The notes beneath the pieces were generated by a model. It searched no databases. It worked only from the letters and a program-made list of their open reading frames with translations, and was not told the origin of the DNA. From NCBI GenBank assembly GCA_947581665.1, contig CANPVI010000001.1, positions 1 through 61,792 of the forward strand: a DNA stretch of 61,792 bases, in the 5' to 3' direction. The DNA comes from an uncultured Atopobiaceae bacterium. Lineage in GTDB: Bacteria > Actinomycetota > Coriobacteriia > Coriobacteriales > Atopobiaceae. Of the stretch, positions 26,812 through 34,574 are shown one piece after another. Position numbers and translations under genes: made by a program. How positions within the stretch are numbered: position 1 is the stretch's first letter; every line of letters begins with the position of its first letter.

Positions 26812-26839
26812 GTGAACACGCTATTTTTGGTTTTGTCGG

Positions 26840-27271
26840 TTAGGCTCTCATCCGCGACTGAGTGTCCTTGATAGCCAAGTCGAGGTATTTCGGATCGATG
26901 CCGACGTCATCGTATCCTTCGAGGATCGTATGGTAGTAGAACTCCATCGGCAGTTCGGGTTCGCCGCTGTTCATGATATACACCATCGCCTCCACCGTCT
27001 TCCCTTTGAGTTCGACCGACACCATTTCCTTTCGGTAAAGGTGCGGGTATCCCTCGTAGATGTCGAGTGCCTGTTCATCCGTCTTTGTGATCTCCCACAC
27101 TCCGACTGGTGTTTCCGCACCCTTTTTCTTTTCGATGGTAGCCACCCGTCTAAAGGTCAGTTGGTAGTCTTTCAGCATTCCGATTCCGACCACTTTGGCG
27201 GTGGGACAGCGTCTTGCCATCTGCGCCAAGTTGAGGTTGCTCCCGTATGCTACATACAGTTTCGTTGCCAT
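26840..27271 (-). CDS. gamma-glutamylcyclotransferase (AIG2/GGCT-like)
   Basis: MATKLYVAYGSNLNLAQMARRCP..VWEI..LDIYEGYP..Y.. Start is ATG 27271 (AGGAGAA). Confidence 0.8.
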   Translation of the reverse strand: MATKLYVAYGSNLNLAQMARRCPTAKVVGIGMLKDYQLTFRRVATIEKKKGAETPVGVWEITKTDEQALDIYEGYPHLYRKEMVSVELKGKTVEAMVYIMNSGEPELPMEFYYHTILEGYDDVGIDPKYLDLAIKDTQSRMRA

Positions 27272-27312
27272 TGTCTTGTTCTCCTGTGGATTTTTTATTT
27301 CCTCGGTGGCGG

Positions 27313-28233
27313 TTATGCCGCCACCGTAGGTCTGCCATTCCTGAACGCGATGTCGCCTTCGAGGTTTTCGAGTAGGAACTTTCTTGCCGTTTCGAACTCT
27401 TCGCCTATCATCCCCATGCGGAGTAGCCATGTGCGGAAGGTGTATTTTTCGTTCGCCGTTTCCGTCTTCTTGGCGGTCGCTCCGCGTTGCGTGAGTGCTT
27501 GGTGGCTGATGGCGAGGCACAGTTGGATGTAGGTTTTTATCTTGCCTGCGTGAGTCGTGCCGTTGAAGCATCTGAACTCGATGCCCTTGCCCTGCCATAA
27601 GCTGTGCAGGTTGAGTGCATGGTAGCGGCTTGCGTTGTAGTGGTCAGTCCTTGACCTATAGCCATCGTCACAGTCTTCGTACCATAATCTCTGGACTGTC
27701 CGAGTGCTTGTCGGCTTGGAGCGGTTCATCGCCGCTACGAACTCTTGCTCACTCTTTTTGCACCATCTCCCTGCCCTGTCTGTGCTTACTCCGAGTGCCT
27801 TGAAAAGCAGGTCTTCTTTGCTGTTCATGATGTTGACGAGGTTTCGGAGGGTTTTGGCGGTGTATTGCTCCGCTCCGACGTGGACGTGGATCCCGCAGCT
27901 TGCGTTGGCGATTGCACCTTTGTGGCGGAGCTGCCTGACAATCTCTTGGATGTCTTCGATGTCATCCCATCCGCATATCGGTGTTACGACTTCGCACCTG
28001 TAGTTGTCCTGTTCGTCAACTGGGATGTCTGCGTGGTCTTTCCGCTCAGCCTTGATGCTCGAATCGTACATGATTGTCCATTTCCGTCCTTGGCGGTCGA
28101 TGGCTTTGTACTTTCCGTAGAACCCTCCGTCATAGTGCCATGTGCCGTTGTAGTAGTCGGCGATGACCTTTGCGGCTTGCTCTCTGGTGATGCCTGTGAG
28201 TTCGATTTCGACTCCGAATTTTTGTGTTTTCAT
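27313..28233 (-). CDS. putative amidoligase (Amidoligase_2 / glutamine-synthetase-like fold)
   Basis: MKTQKFGVEIELTGITREQAAKVIADYY..CGIHVHVGA..; family-typical N-terminal G-x-E-x-E and H-x-H. Start is ATG 28233. Confidence 0.7.
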   Translation of the reverse strand: MKTQKFGVEIELTGITREQAAKVIADYYNGTWHYDGGFYGKYKAIDRQGRKWTIMYDSSIKAERKDHADIPVDEQDNYRCEVVTPICGWDDIEDIQEIVRQLRHKGAIANASCGIHVHVGAEQYTAKTLRNLVNIMNSKEDLLFKALGVSTDRAGRWCKKSEQEFVAAMNRSKPTSTRTVQRLWYEDCDDGYRSRTDHYNASRYHALNLHSLWQGKGIEFRCFNGTTHAGKIKTYIQLCLAISHQALTQRGATAKKTETANEKYTFRTWLLRMGMIGEEFETARKFLLENLEGDIAFRNGRPTVAA

Positions 28234-28282
28234 AGCGTGTTCTCCTTTTTGGGGTTCTTTCCGTCCCCCGTTTTGCAAGCAA

Positions 28283-28372
28283 ACAATACCGTAAAAACAC
28301 ACAAGAGCCCAGCGAAAATCGGCCGAAATTCGAAAGTTTTTGAAAGAATTTTTCGGGAATTTTTACGGCTTG
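28283..28372 (-). promoter_or_regulatory. promoter module copy 7
   Basis: ..CGGCCGATTTTCGCTGGGCTC-16 nt-TATTGT. Leader stem GGGG..CCCC lies at 28251..28268. Confidence 0.55.
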
Positions 28373-28575
28373 TAGCCAATCCCCTTGAAGTTCCTTTCAC
28401 CCCTCTTCACAGCCTCCATTTCGGCTTTCTGCGCCGCTTGGTAGGCGGGGTTTTCCTGCTCTTTCGCTTTGCATTCCAGACAGATGCAGTCTTCGTTGAA
28501 CATAGACATCGTCCGTCCACCCGTCAATTCCTTGCCGCAGCGGTCGCAATATTTTTGGCTGAAGAATTTGTCCAT
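28363..28575 (-). CDS. 70-aa zinc-ribbon protein
   Basis: CDRCGK..17 aa..CICLEC; start abuts the upstream stop. Confidence 0.55.
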   Translation of the reverse strand: MDKFFSQKYCDRCGKELTGGRTMSMFNEDCICLECKAKEQENPAYQAAQKAEMEAVKRGERNFKGIGYKP

Positions 28576-29280
28576 TTATATCTCCGTCACTTCCGTTATA
28601 TTTTTCAATTTGTAGGGGTTCAGCACGACCTCCGATTCGTTTCTTCCCATGAAGAATGCCAAGATGTCCTGCTTGCCGATCTCCGCTTTGTACACCGTAC
28701 CGCTTTGTCCGAATCGGTTGGCGAACCACTTCGCTTTCGCTTTATCCAAGGTCCACGAGAGAGCTTTCACATTCCTCGCATTATAGGGTGTTACCCCTCG
28801 GTAGACCGTCACACTTTCTCCGAGTTCGGCGAGTCGCTTGCTTTCCTCGGCATCCATCATGACCGCCTTGTCCGCTTCCTTGAACATAGACACCAATTCC
28901 TTCTTGCTGACGTTGGTATCCATGTTCGGGTTCTCGGCTTGCATCCATGCATCTGCGAGGATCAGCGACAGGTCTTTTGCCGATAGATGCTCTTTCGCAT
29001 ATTTCAGGAACGTAAGCGCATAGGTCTTATTCAGCAACATGAATATCCCGTATGCGTCTTCCGCCCTATCTATCTGCTTGCCGATAAATTCCCGCCATGC
29101 AGTTAGGTCTTCGGTGCTTGCGGTGATGTCCACGATCCGCTTGATGCCGGGGAGCATCGTCACCCCCGATGAGGCGAATGGGTGTTGCACGATCATTGGC
29201 GAATATTCCGTCTTATGGACTTCGATATTCAAGAGCCAATGCGCAACTGCCTTTACCTGACTCAGATCCGTCTTTTCCAC
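28576..29280 (-). CDS. hypothetical protein with a C-terminal R-S-E (ADP-ribosyltransferase-like) motif set
   Basis: ..VTVYRGV..ALSWTL..RNESEVVLNP.. Start set to GTG 29280 (GAAGGAGAAC 4-6 nt upstream, same SD context as sister cassettes). Confidence 0.45.
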   Translation of the reverse strand: MEKTDLSQVKAVAHWLLNIEVHKTEYSPMIVQHPFASSGVTMLPGIKRIVDITASTEDLTAWREFIGKQIDRAEDAYGIFMLLNKTYALTFLKYAKEHLSAKDLSLILADAWMQAENPNMDTNVSKKELVSMFKEADKAVMMDAEESKRLAELGESVTVYRGVTPYNARNVKALSWTLDKAKAKWFANRFGQSGTVYKAEIGKQDILAFFMGRNESEVVLNPYKLKNITEVTEI

Positions 29281-29322
29281 TTCGTTCTCCTTCGGACAGT
29301 CCTTTCCTGTCCATTTGCCCAA

Positions 29323-29364
29323 ACAATAGCGTAATCGGCGGACGAAGTCCAGTGATTTTCGACC
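29323..29364 (-). promoter_or_regulatory. promoter module copy 8 (degenerate: CACTGGACTT-16 nt-TATTGT)
   Basis: Same 16-nt spacing as the other copies. Leader hairpin GGACAG-gaaagga-CTGTCC lies at 29294..29312. Confidence 0.45.
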
Positions 29365-29403
29365 GAAAAAACAAAGAACCGACAGGATTTTCCTTATCGG
29401 TTC
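29365..29403 (-). terminator. rho-independent terminator after 29471..29695
   Basis: Minus strand reads GAACCGA-14 nt-TCGGTTC followed by TTTGTTTTTT. Confidence 0.55.
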
Positions 29404-29470
29404 ATTGTTTCTTTTTTATAATTAAATGTAGCCTATCCAACCGCCTTTTCCGTTCGGGCGGTTTTCGTTT

Positions 29471-29695
29471 TTAGTTCGGTTGCGCTGCCACTACTTCCCC
29501 TATGACACAGCGGAATTGCTGTCCGTTTGAGAAGTTCAGTATCAATGTGAGGCCCTGCTCTTCATAGGTCGCATTGAACAGATCCTCCAAAGCCACTCGG
29601 ATATCGGTGACCAATTCTTCGGGGGTTACATGGTAGTCATCGAACAGGCTTGCCGTCCTTTCTACCTTGGCTGATTCAGTTGCTGTGTTTTTCAT
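29471..29695 (-). CDS. hypothetical 74-aa protein
   Basis: MKNTATESAKVERTASLFDDYHVTPEEL..; own consensus promoter upstream. Confidence 0.55.
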   Translation of the reverse strand: MKNTATESAKVERTASLFDDYHVTPEELVTDIRVALEDLFNATYEEQGLTLILNFSNGQQFRCVIGEVVAAQPN

Positions 29696-29750
29696 ACAAT
29701 ACTCCTTTTTATTGATTTCCGAGGAGTTCGCGCGTCATCCTTGTAGTTAT

Positions 29751-29794
29751 ATTATACCCTTTGCGGACAGGACTGTCAATACAAAAGTCCTGTC
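29751..29794 (-). promoter_or_regulatory. consensus promoter TTGACA-17-TATAAT with a 9-bp inverted repeat bracketing the -35
   Basis: -10 at 29756..29751 and -35 at 29779..29774. The repeat is GACAGGACT (29766..29774) / AGTCCTGTC (29786..29794). Confidence 0.6.
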
Positions 29795-29834
29795 TATGGA
29801 GGATAATAAATTGTCGAAAGGAGGCTTTTATTGT

Positions 29835-30275
29835 ATGAATTTGTCGATTTTCTCGGAAAGGCTTTCCGACCTCATTTTTGACGGCAAGATTAAGACCGAG
29901 GATTTTGCGAAAGCCATCGGTTGTAGCCGTTCTTCTGCATTCGAGCTGAAGTCCGGGGATAGAGAACCCACCCTTGACACGCTTGTCCGCATCGCCGATT
30001 TTTTCCATTGCACGACCGATTATCTGGTTGGGCTCGATGAGGTCATGTATCAGTCAATGACTTTCACGCCGTGTCCGCCCTTTGCCGAACGGATCCCCGC
30101 CATCTGCGCACACTTCAAAATCTCGCGTTATCGCCTACAGCAGATGACCAAAATACCCGAATCAACTCTCTATGCTTGGGCGCACGGAAAGACTGTCCCC
30201 TCCGTTGAAAACCTTGTCAAGATGGCACAGGCTCTCGACTGTTCGCTTGATTTTATCATCGGTCGCGCTATGTAG
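29835..30275 (+). CDS. XRE-family regulator with two tandem HTH domains
   Basis: AGGAGG SD. HTH1 is ..KTEDFAKAIGCSRSSAFELKSGDREPTLDTLVRIADFF.. and HTH2 is ..RYRLQQMTKIPESTLYAWAHGKTVPSVENLVKMAQAL.. Confidence 0.75.
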   Translation: MNLSIFSERLSDLIFDGKIKTEDFAKAIGCSRSSAFELKSGDREPTLDTLVRIADFFHCTTDYLVGLDEVMYQSMTFTPCPPFAERIPAICAHFKISRYRLQQMTKIPESTLYAWAHGKTVPSVENLVKMAQALDCSLDFIIGRAM

Positions 30276-30280
30276 CCCCC

Positions 30281-31399
30281 TCAGATTCTGAGGGCATCTT
30301 TGAGTGCTTCCGCCTTATCCGTCAGTTCCCAAGCAAGGTATTCCTTGCCGAAGTGACCGCCGACTGCGGTCTGCCCGAACACGGCACAGCGGAGGTCGAG
30401 CTTCTCTATCGCTCCGCCGACCGAGAGGTCAAAGACCTTTTCGACCGCATCCTTGATGAGCTTTTCGTTGACCTTGCCCGTGTAAAAGGTATTGATGTCG
30501 ATGGTGGTCGGTCTGGGGACTCCGATGGCATACGAGAGTGCCACTTCGCACTTCTCGGCGAGTTTTGCGGCGACTATGTTCTTGGCAATGTATCTTGCAA
30601 GGTATGCACCGCTGCGGTCCACCTTGCTTGCATCCTTTCCGCTCATCGCTCCACCGCCGTGATGGGCGATGCCGCCGTAGGTGTCCACCATGAGTTTCCG
30701 TCCCGTGAGTCCCGTGTCCGCTTCGAACCCGCCGAGGACAAACCGCCCAGACGGATTGATGAGAATCTCCGCATCGGTGAGGTCGTACTCTCCAAGCACC
30801 TTGCCGATGACCTTTGTCCGTATCTCTTCGGTCAGCTCTGCGAGGTCCTTTTCCTCGGTGTGCTGCGCCGACACCACCACCGATGTGATGTGGTCGAACC
30901 TGTCGCCGTTGTATTGGATAGACACTTGGCTCTTCCCATCGGGACGGAGTCCGTTGATGATCCCATCTCTGCGGCACTCTTCGAGTCGGTCCGTCAGTCG
31001 GTGTGCGAGTTCTATCGGGAGCGGCATATAGTTCATCGTTTCATCGGTCGCATAACCATAAACGATGCCCTGATCACCTGCGCCGAGTTCCGCTCTTCCC
31101 ACCGCCTGTGAGATGTCCGGGGACTGCTCATGAATTCGAACTTCGACTTCGATGCCCGTGGTATCGTAGCCGACCTGCGCCATGACCGACCTTGCTATGT
31201 ATTCGTAGTCGATGTCCGCCGCCGTGGTGATCTCGCCGCTGATGAAACACTTATTGTGGGCAAGCATGACTTCGCAAGCCACTCTGCTGTATTTGTCCTG
31301 CTCCAAGCATTCATCGAGGATGCTGTCGGCTATGAGGTCGGCGAGTTTGTCAGGATGCCCGTTCGTAACCGATTCCGCCGTGTAGATTCGTTTCGTCAT
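30281..31399 (-). CDS. metK: S-adenosylmethionine synthetase
   Basis: TAESVTNGHPDKLADLIADSILD, GAGDQGIVYGYA, GGGAMSGKD(ASKVDRS). Confidence 0.9.
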   Translation of the reverse strand: MTKRIYTAESVTNGHPDKLADLIADSILDECLEQDKYSRVACEVMLAHNKCFISGEITTAADIDYEYIARSVMAQVGYDTTGIEVEVRIHEQSPDISQAVGRAELGAGDQGIVYGYATDETMNYMPLPIELAHRLTDRLEECRRDGIINGLRPDGKSQVSIQYNGDRFDHITSVVVSAQHTEEKDLAELTEEIRTKVIGKVLGEYDLTDAEILINPSGRFVLGGFEADTGLTGRKLMVDTYGGIAHHGGGAMSGKDASKVDRSGAYLARYIAKNIVAAKLAEKCEVALSYAIGVPRPTTIDINTFYTGKVNEKLIKDAVEKVFDLSVGGAIEKLDLRCAVFGQTAVGGHFGKEYLAWELTDKAEALKDALRI

Positions 31400-33264
31400 A
31401 TTTGTTCCTCCGTTAAAAATAAAGCCTTGAAGATTTCCTCCAAGACCTGCACAACTATGCCGTTGCCCGCTTGCCGATATTGCTGTGTTCCGCTGATTTT
31501 TGCGGCATCAATTCGGTCGATTTGTTCATCCTTCCACCCCATAAGGCGAAGGCATTCTCTCGGTGTGAGCTTGCGGATTCGGATGTTCTCCGTTACCACC
31601 GCATTCCCATCGCCGCAGGTCAGTGTGTGCGCCACTCCCTTGCCTACCCGTCCGCGTTTCGTTTTACTGCCGGGGTAGGTCAGATTGATGAAGTCACCCC
31701 TTTCGGCCTCTTCGTAGCCTTGCTTGGTCGCCACTTTGACCTGCACGGGTTCTTCGAGCATTAAGACTGCCGAACTCCCACTGGGACAAGAGCATTGCCC
31801 AGTGAGAGTCGGCGCAACATCGCCGACTTCTTGCTTATTGTAGGCTACAAAGTTTTCGGGTATGTACCCATTCTCGGCTATAAATTCCTTATAGCGGCGA
31901 GCCACATATTGTTTCGAGCCCCTTTTCTTCTGGACGACAAGGTTGTCCTTTTGCACCGAGGTCAGCGTGTTGCACAAGCCTTTTTCGTTGATCTCCAACC
32001 GCTGTTCCGTGGGTATCCCTGCGGTGCGGTCGGAGGGGTTTTCGGGGTTTCTCCCTCGCATTGCCCCTATGAGCGGAGAATCTTCGTCCCCCTCTACTAT
32101 CGGCAATATCGCTGTTTTGAACCCCTCTGGACGAGTGGTTATCGTAGGACAGATACCGCTTTTGTTGACCTTTTTGTTGAAAGCGTCCACGGTGTCGCCC
32201 ACTTCGCAGTCATTTTCAAGCACCGTTTCCACGGCTTGCTTGAAAAATCGTTCGTCCTTTCCCTCTTTCGTATCGATGATGATGGGAGTTTGTCCGCCAC
32301 CCTTGCCCATCGCCTCCGTGAGCGCCGGGCTGATGCCGTCCGTTCTCGGTGTTTGATGCGCTTGGAGTCCGCCGATGACAAAGTTCTCCGCTATCTTTAA
32401 CTCCGTATTGCCGCCCTGCGCACAATGCACGGTCGGCGCAATGCCGTTCGGTTCATAGACTCTGCGGCTGATGTCATGCATCTTGTCCCACTTCTCGCCT
32501 ACCACTTCGCCGACCTGAACACATTGCGGGCCTTTGTAGTCCCTTTGCAGAATGGTGTTCGCCACTTCGTCCCCACGCTTTATGCTGTCCCTGCGAGAGT
32601 TGAAAGACGATGTCACGATGCTCCGAATGGTGCTTTCCTTGAGGTAGAACTTTTCGTCCACTTCATCGTCTATCATGTCCCGCAATCGCAGTTTCAGTTC
32701 TTGCTTTTCGGGAAAGACGAACGGCTTATGTTCGCCTCTTATGGATACGCAGAACACCCTTTCCCTGTTTTGCGGTATACCGTAGTCCTTGGCATTGAGT
32801 ATCTGCCAATAGTTCGTATAACCGAGCGAAGACAAAAAATAAAGCCAACGGTCAAAGTCGGCTTTGAATCTTTTGCTCACAAGGTTCTTCACGTTTTCGA
32901 GCAGTAGGTATTTTGGGAGGGTTCCCTCTTCGTTCGCCGTGGTCAAGAGCCGTTCGACTTCGAAGAGCAGTCCGCTCCGAGTTCCCTCTCGGATGCCTGC
33001 CCCTCGCCCTGCCACGGAGATGTCCTGACAAGGGAACGAGTATGTCCAAAGGTCTGCTTTCGGCAATGCCCTGATTTTTCGGATGTCGCCGAAGTTATGT
33101 ACCTTGCCGTGCAGAGCCTCGTAGGACTTGATTGCATACTTGTCTATCTCCGAAATGCCGACTATCGTATGCGGCACTCCGATGTTCGTCAAGGCTTGCG
33201 TTTGGCTGCCTATCCCTGCGAATAACTCTATGAGTTTCAACGGATTTTCGTCCGTGTATTCCAT
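31396..33264 (-). CDS. DNA (cytosine-5)-methyltransferase with an unusually long variable (target-recognition) region
   Basis: Motif I is LFAGIGS, motif IV SFPCQDIS, motif VI ENVKNL. Motifs IX/X lie about 350 aa later (..TPRECLRLMGW.., QAGNGIVV). 622 aa. The ATG overlaps the terS stop. Confidence 0.9.
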   Translation of the reverse strand: MEYTDENPLKLIELFAGIGSQTQALTNIGVPHTIVGISEIDKYAIKSYEALHGKVHNFGDIRKIRALPKADLWTYSFPCQDISVAGRGAGIREGTRSGLLFEVERLLTTANEEGTLPKYLLLENVKNLVSKRFKADFDRWLYFLSSLGYTNYWQILNAKDYGIPQNRERVFCVSIRGEHKPFVFPEKQELKLRLRDMIDDEVDEKFYLKESTIRSIVTSSFNSRRDSIKRGDEVANTILQRDYKGPQCVQVGEVVGEKWDKMHDISRRVYEPNGIAPTVHCAQGGNTELKIAENFVIGGLQAHQTPRTDGISPALTEAMGKGGGQTPIIIDTKEGKDERFFKQAVETVLENDCEVGDTVDAFNKKVNKSGICPTITTRPEGFKTAILPIVEGDEDSPLIGAMRGRNPENPSDRTAGIPTEQRLEINEKGLCNTLTSVQKDNLVVQKKRGSKQYVARRYKEFIAENGYIPENFVAYNKQEVGDVAPTLTGQCSCPSGSSAVLMLEEPVQVKVATKQGYEEAERGDFINLTYPGSKTKRGRVGKGVAHTLTCGDGNAVVTENIRIRKLTPRECLRLMGWKDEQIDRIDAAKISGTQQYRQAGNGIVVQVLEEIFKALFLTEEQI

Positions 33265-33761
33265 CAGCTTCCCCCTCCCAATAGTTTTTCCATGATGTCG
33301 TCATTGGGATTTTTGTCATCCCATTTCGACAATTTGCTTTCTCGCACCACGACATATATCTTTGCCCACACTTCGTTGGTCTGTTTGAGGTATTGCTGCG
33401 CCATCGCCACGAACGGAGACGGCATCGCCTTTCCGTTGGTGGGATCTTTCACGAGCAAGCCGTGCTTGGTGTTCATGTCTTCGCACTCCAACCACCGAGC
33501 CTTGCAAAAGGCATATTCTTCGAGGTTGTATGGCAGTATGCCCTTGGTGCATCCGATTCCTTTCAACCACGCATAGACCGTTTTGTATATCTCTTTCGCC
33601 TTGGCGGAGAGATATGCCGGGGGTTCGCTCGGCAATTCCATAGCGTCCTGTCCGAAGTCCACTATTTCGATTGTCCGTCTGCCGGGGTTGCCCTCTAATA
33701 TCTTTTGAGTGGCTGCCTTTTTCGGTCGCCCTGCGCCGGGGCGTCTTCCTCCACTTGCCAT
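33264..33761 (-). CDS. terS: terminase small subunit (P27 family)
   Basis: MASGGRRPGAGRPKKAATQKILEGNPGRR..; family-typical N-terminus; follows HNH and the cos-like region. Confidence 0.85.
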   Translation of the reverse strand: MASGGRRPGAGRPKKAATQKILEGNPGRRTIEIVDFGQDAMELPSEPPAYLSAKAKEIYKTVYAWLKGIGCTKGILPYNLEEYAFCKARWLECEDMNTKHGLLVKDPTNGKAMPSPFVAMAQQYLKQTNEVWAKIYVVVRESKLSKWDDKNPNDDIMEKLLGGGS

Positions 33762-34159
33762 ATTCCCTCCCTTTTTCGATTGATTTTTGCCCTATGAAAT
33801 GCTATAATGTTTCCATCGAGCATATTGCCGAGCCACGTCGAGTATCCGATGCCTTCGGTTGAACACTATGCTTGAAGAAGACAATCCGCCAGTCACCTTT
33901 GGATACTCAATGCACTTGGTTGAACGGTCAATCTTCGGGGCAGCCCTTTTGCGGACTGCCCTTTTGATTTTTCCTGATAAATTGATATTTTTGATTTTCC
34001 CGCGAAATCAAAAAGGGACGTTTCCGTCCCCTTTTACCTTCGGTAAAGATTTTCCGATTTTGATTTTTTGCTTTGATTTTTGATTATGCGAAAATTCGCG
34101 TTTGATTGCGGCCCCGCTGTCTGTGTTGATTTCGGTAGAGATTTGACCTCCCCCTGCCC
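33762..34159. other. non-coding cos-like region between HNH and terS
   Basis: At least 8 copies of TTGAT(T/A) lie within 33960..34135. Also a duplicated GCCCTTTTG and the hairpin GGGACG-tttc-CGTCCC (34016..34031). The position is as in HK97-type cos phages. Confidence 0.5.
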
Positions 34160-34546
34160 TCACGACTTCGGATAGTCATGCGGTCGAGTTCCCCACCGAG
34201 AACCCTCTTCGGCTGACTTGCGTGAGTGGCAAGCCCAACAAAGACTTTGGAGATTGCTCGGTGCGAACTTCTCGCCACCGTCCTTGATGGGGACGATGTG
34301 ATCCACCATTGTGGCTTTCGTTCTTTTTCCCGCTTTCAGACAGTCCTCGCAAAACGGATGCTGTTCGAGCTGCCGATTCCTTGCGTATAACCATTCGGGG
34401 GATTTGTAGAAGTTCTTGGTGAAGTCATCTCGCCCGTAAAGATTATACTGTTTATCCGTAAGCCGTTTGTGTTCCTCACAGTATTGTCCCTCTACCAGTC
34501 GGGGACAGCCGGGGTAGCTACACGGTCGTTTCGGTTTTCTTGGCAT
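34160..34546 (-). CDS. phage HNH endonuclease (terminase-associated)
   Basis: ..CSYPGC..C..H.. plus ..DHIVPIKDGG..NLQSLCWACHSRK. Confidence 0.9.
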   Translation of the reverse strand: MPRKPKRPCSYPGCPRLVEGQYCEEHKRLTDKQYNLYGRDDFTKNFYKSPEWLYARNRQLEQHPFCEDCLKAGKRTKATMVDHIVPIKDGGEKFAPSNLQSLCWACHSRKSAEEGSRWGTRPHDYPKS

Positions 34547-34574
34547 TTTTTATTCGCTCCTTCGCCTGTCGATT

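Noticed and set aside
27745-28986. 413-aa plus-strand ORF. Similar long antisense ORFs occur at 651..1628, 3412..4299, 10035..10934, 22740..23357 and 36746..37699.
   Set aside because: All of them lie antisense to well-supported minus-strand genes and lack ribosome-binding sites and recognisable motifs. They are shadow ORFs, favoured by the codon bias of the opposite strand.
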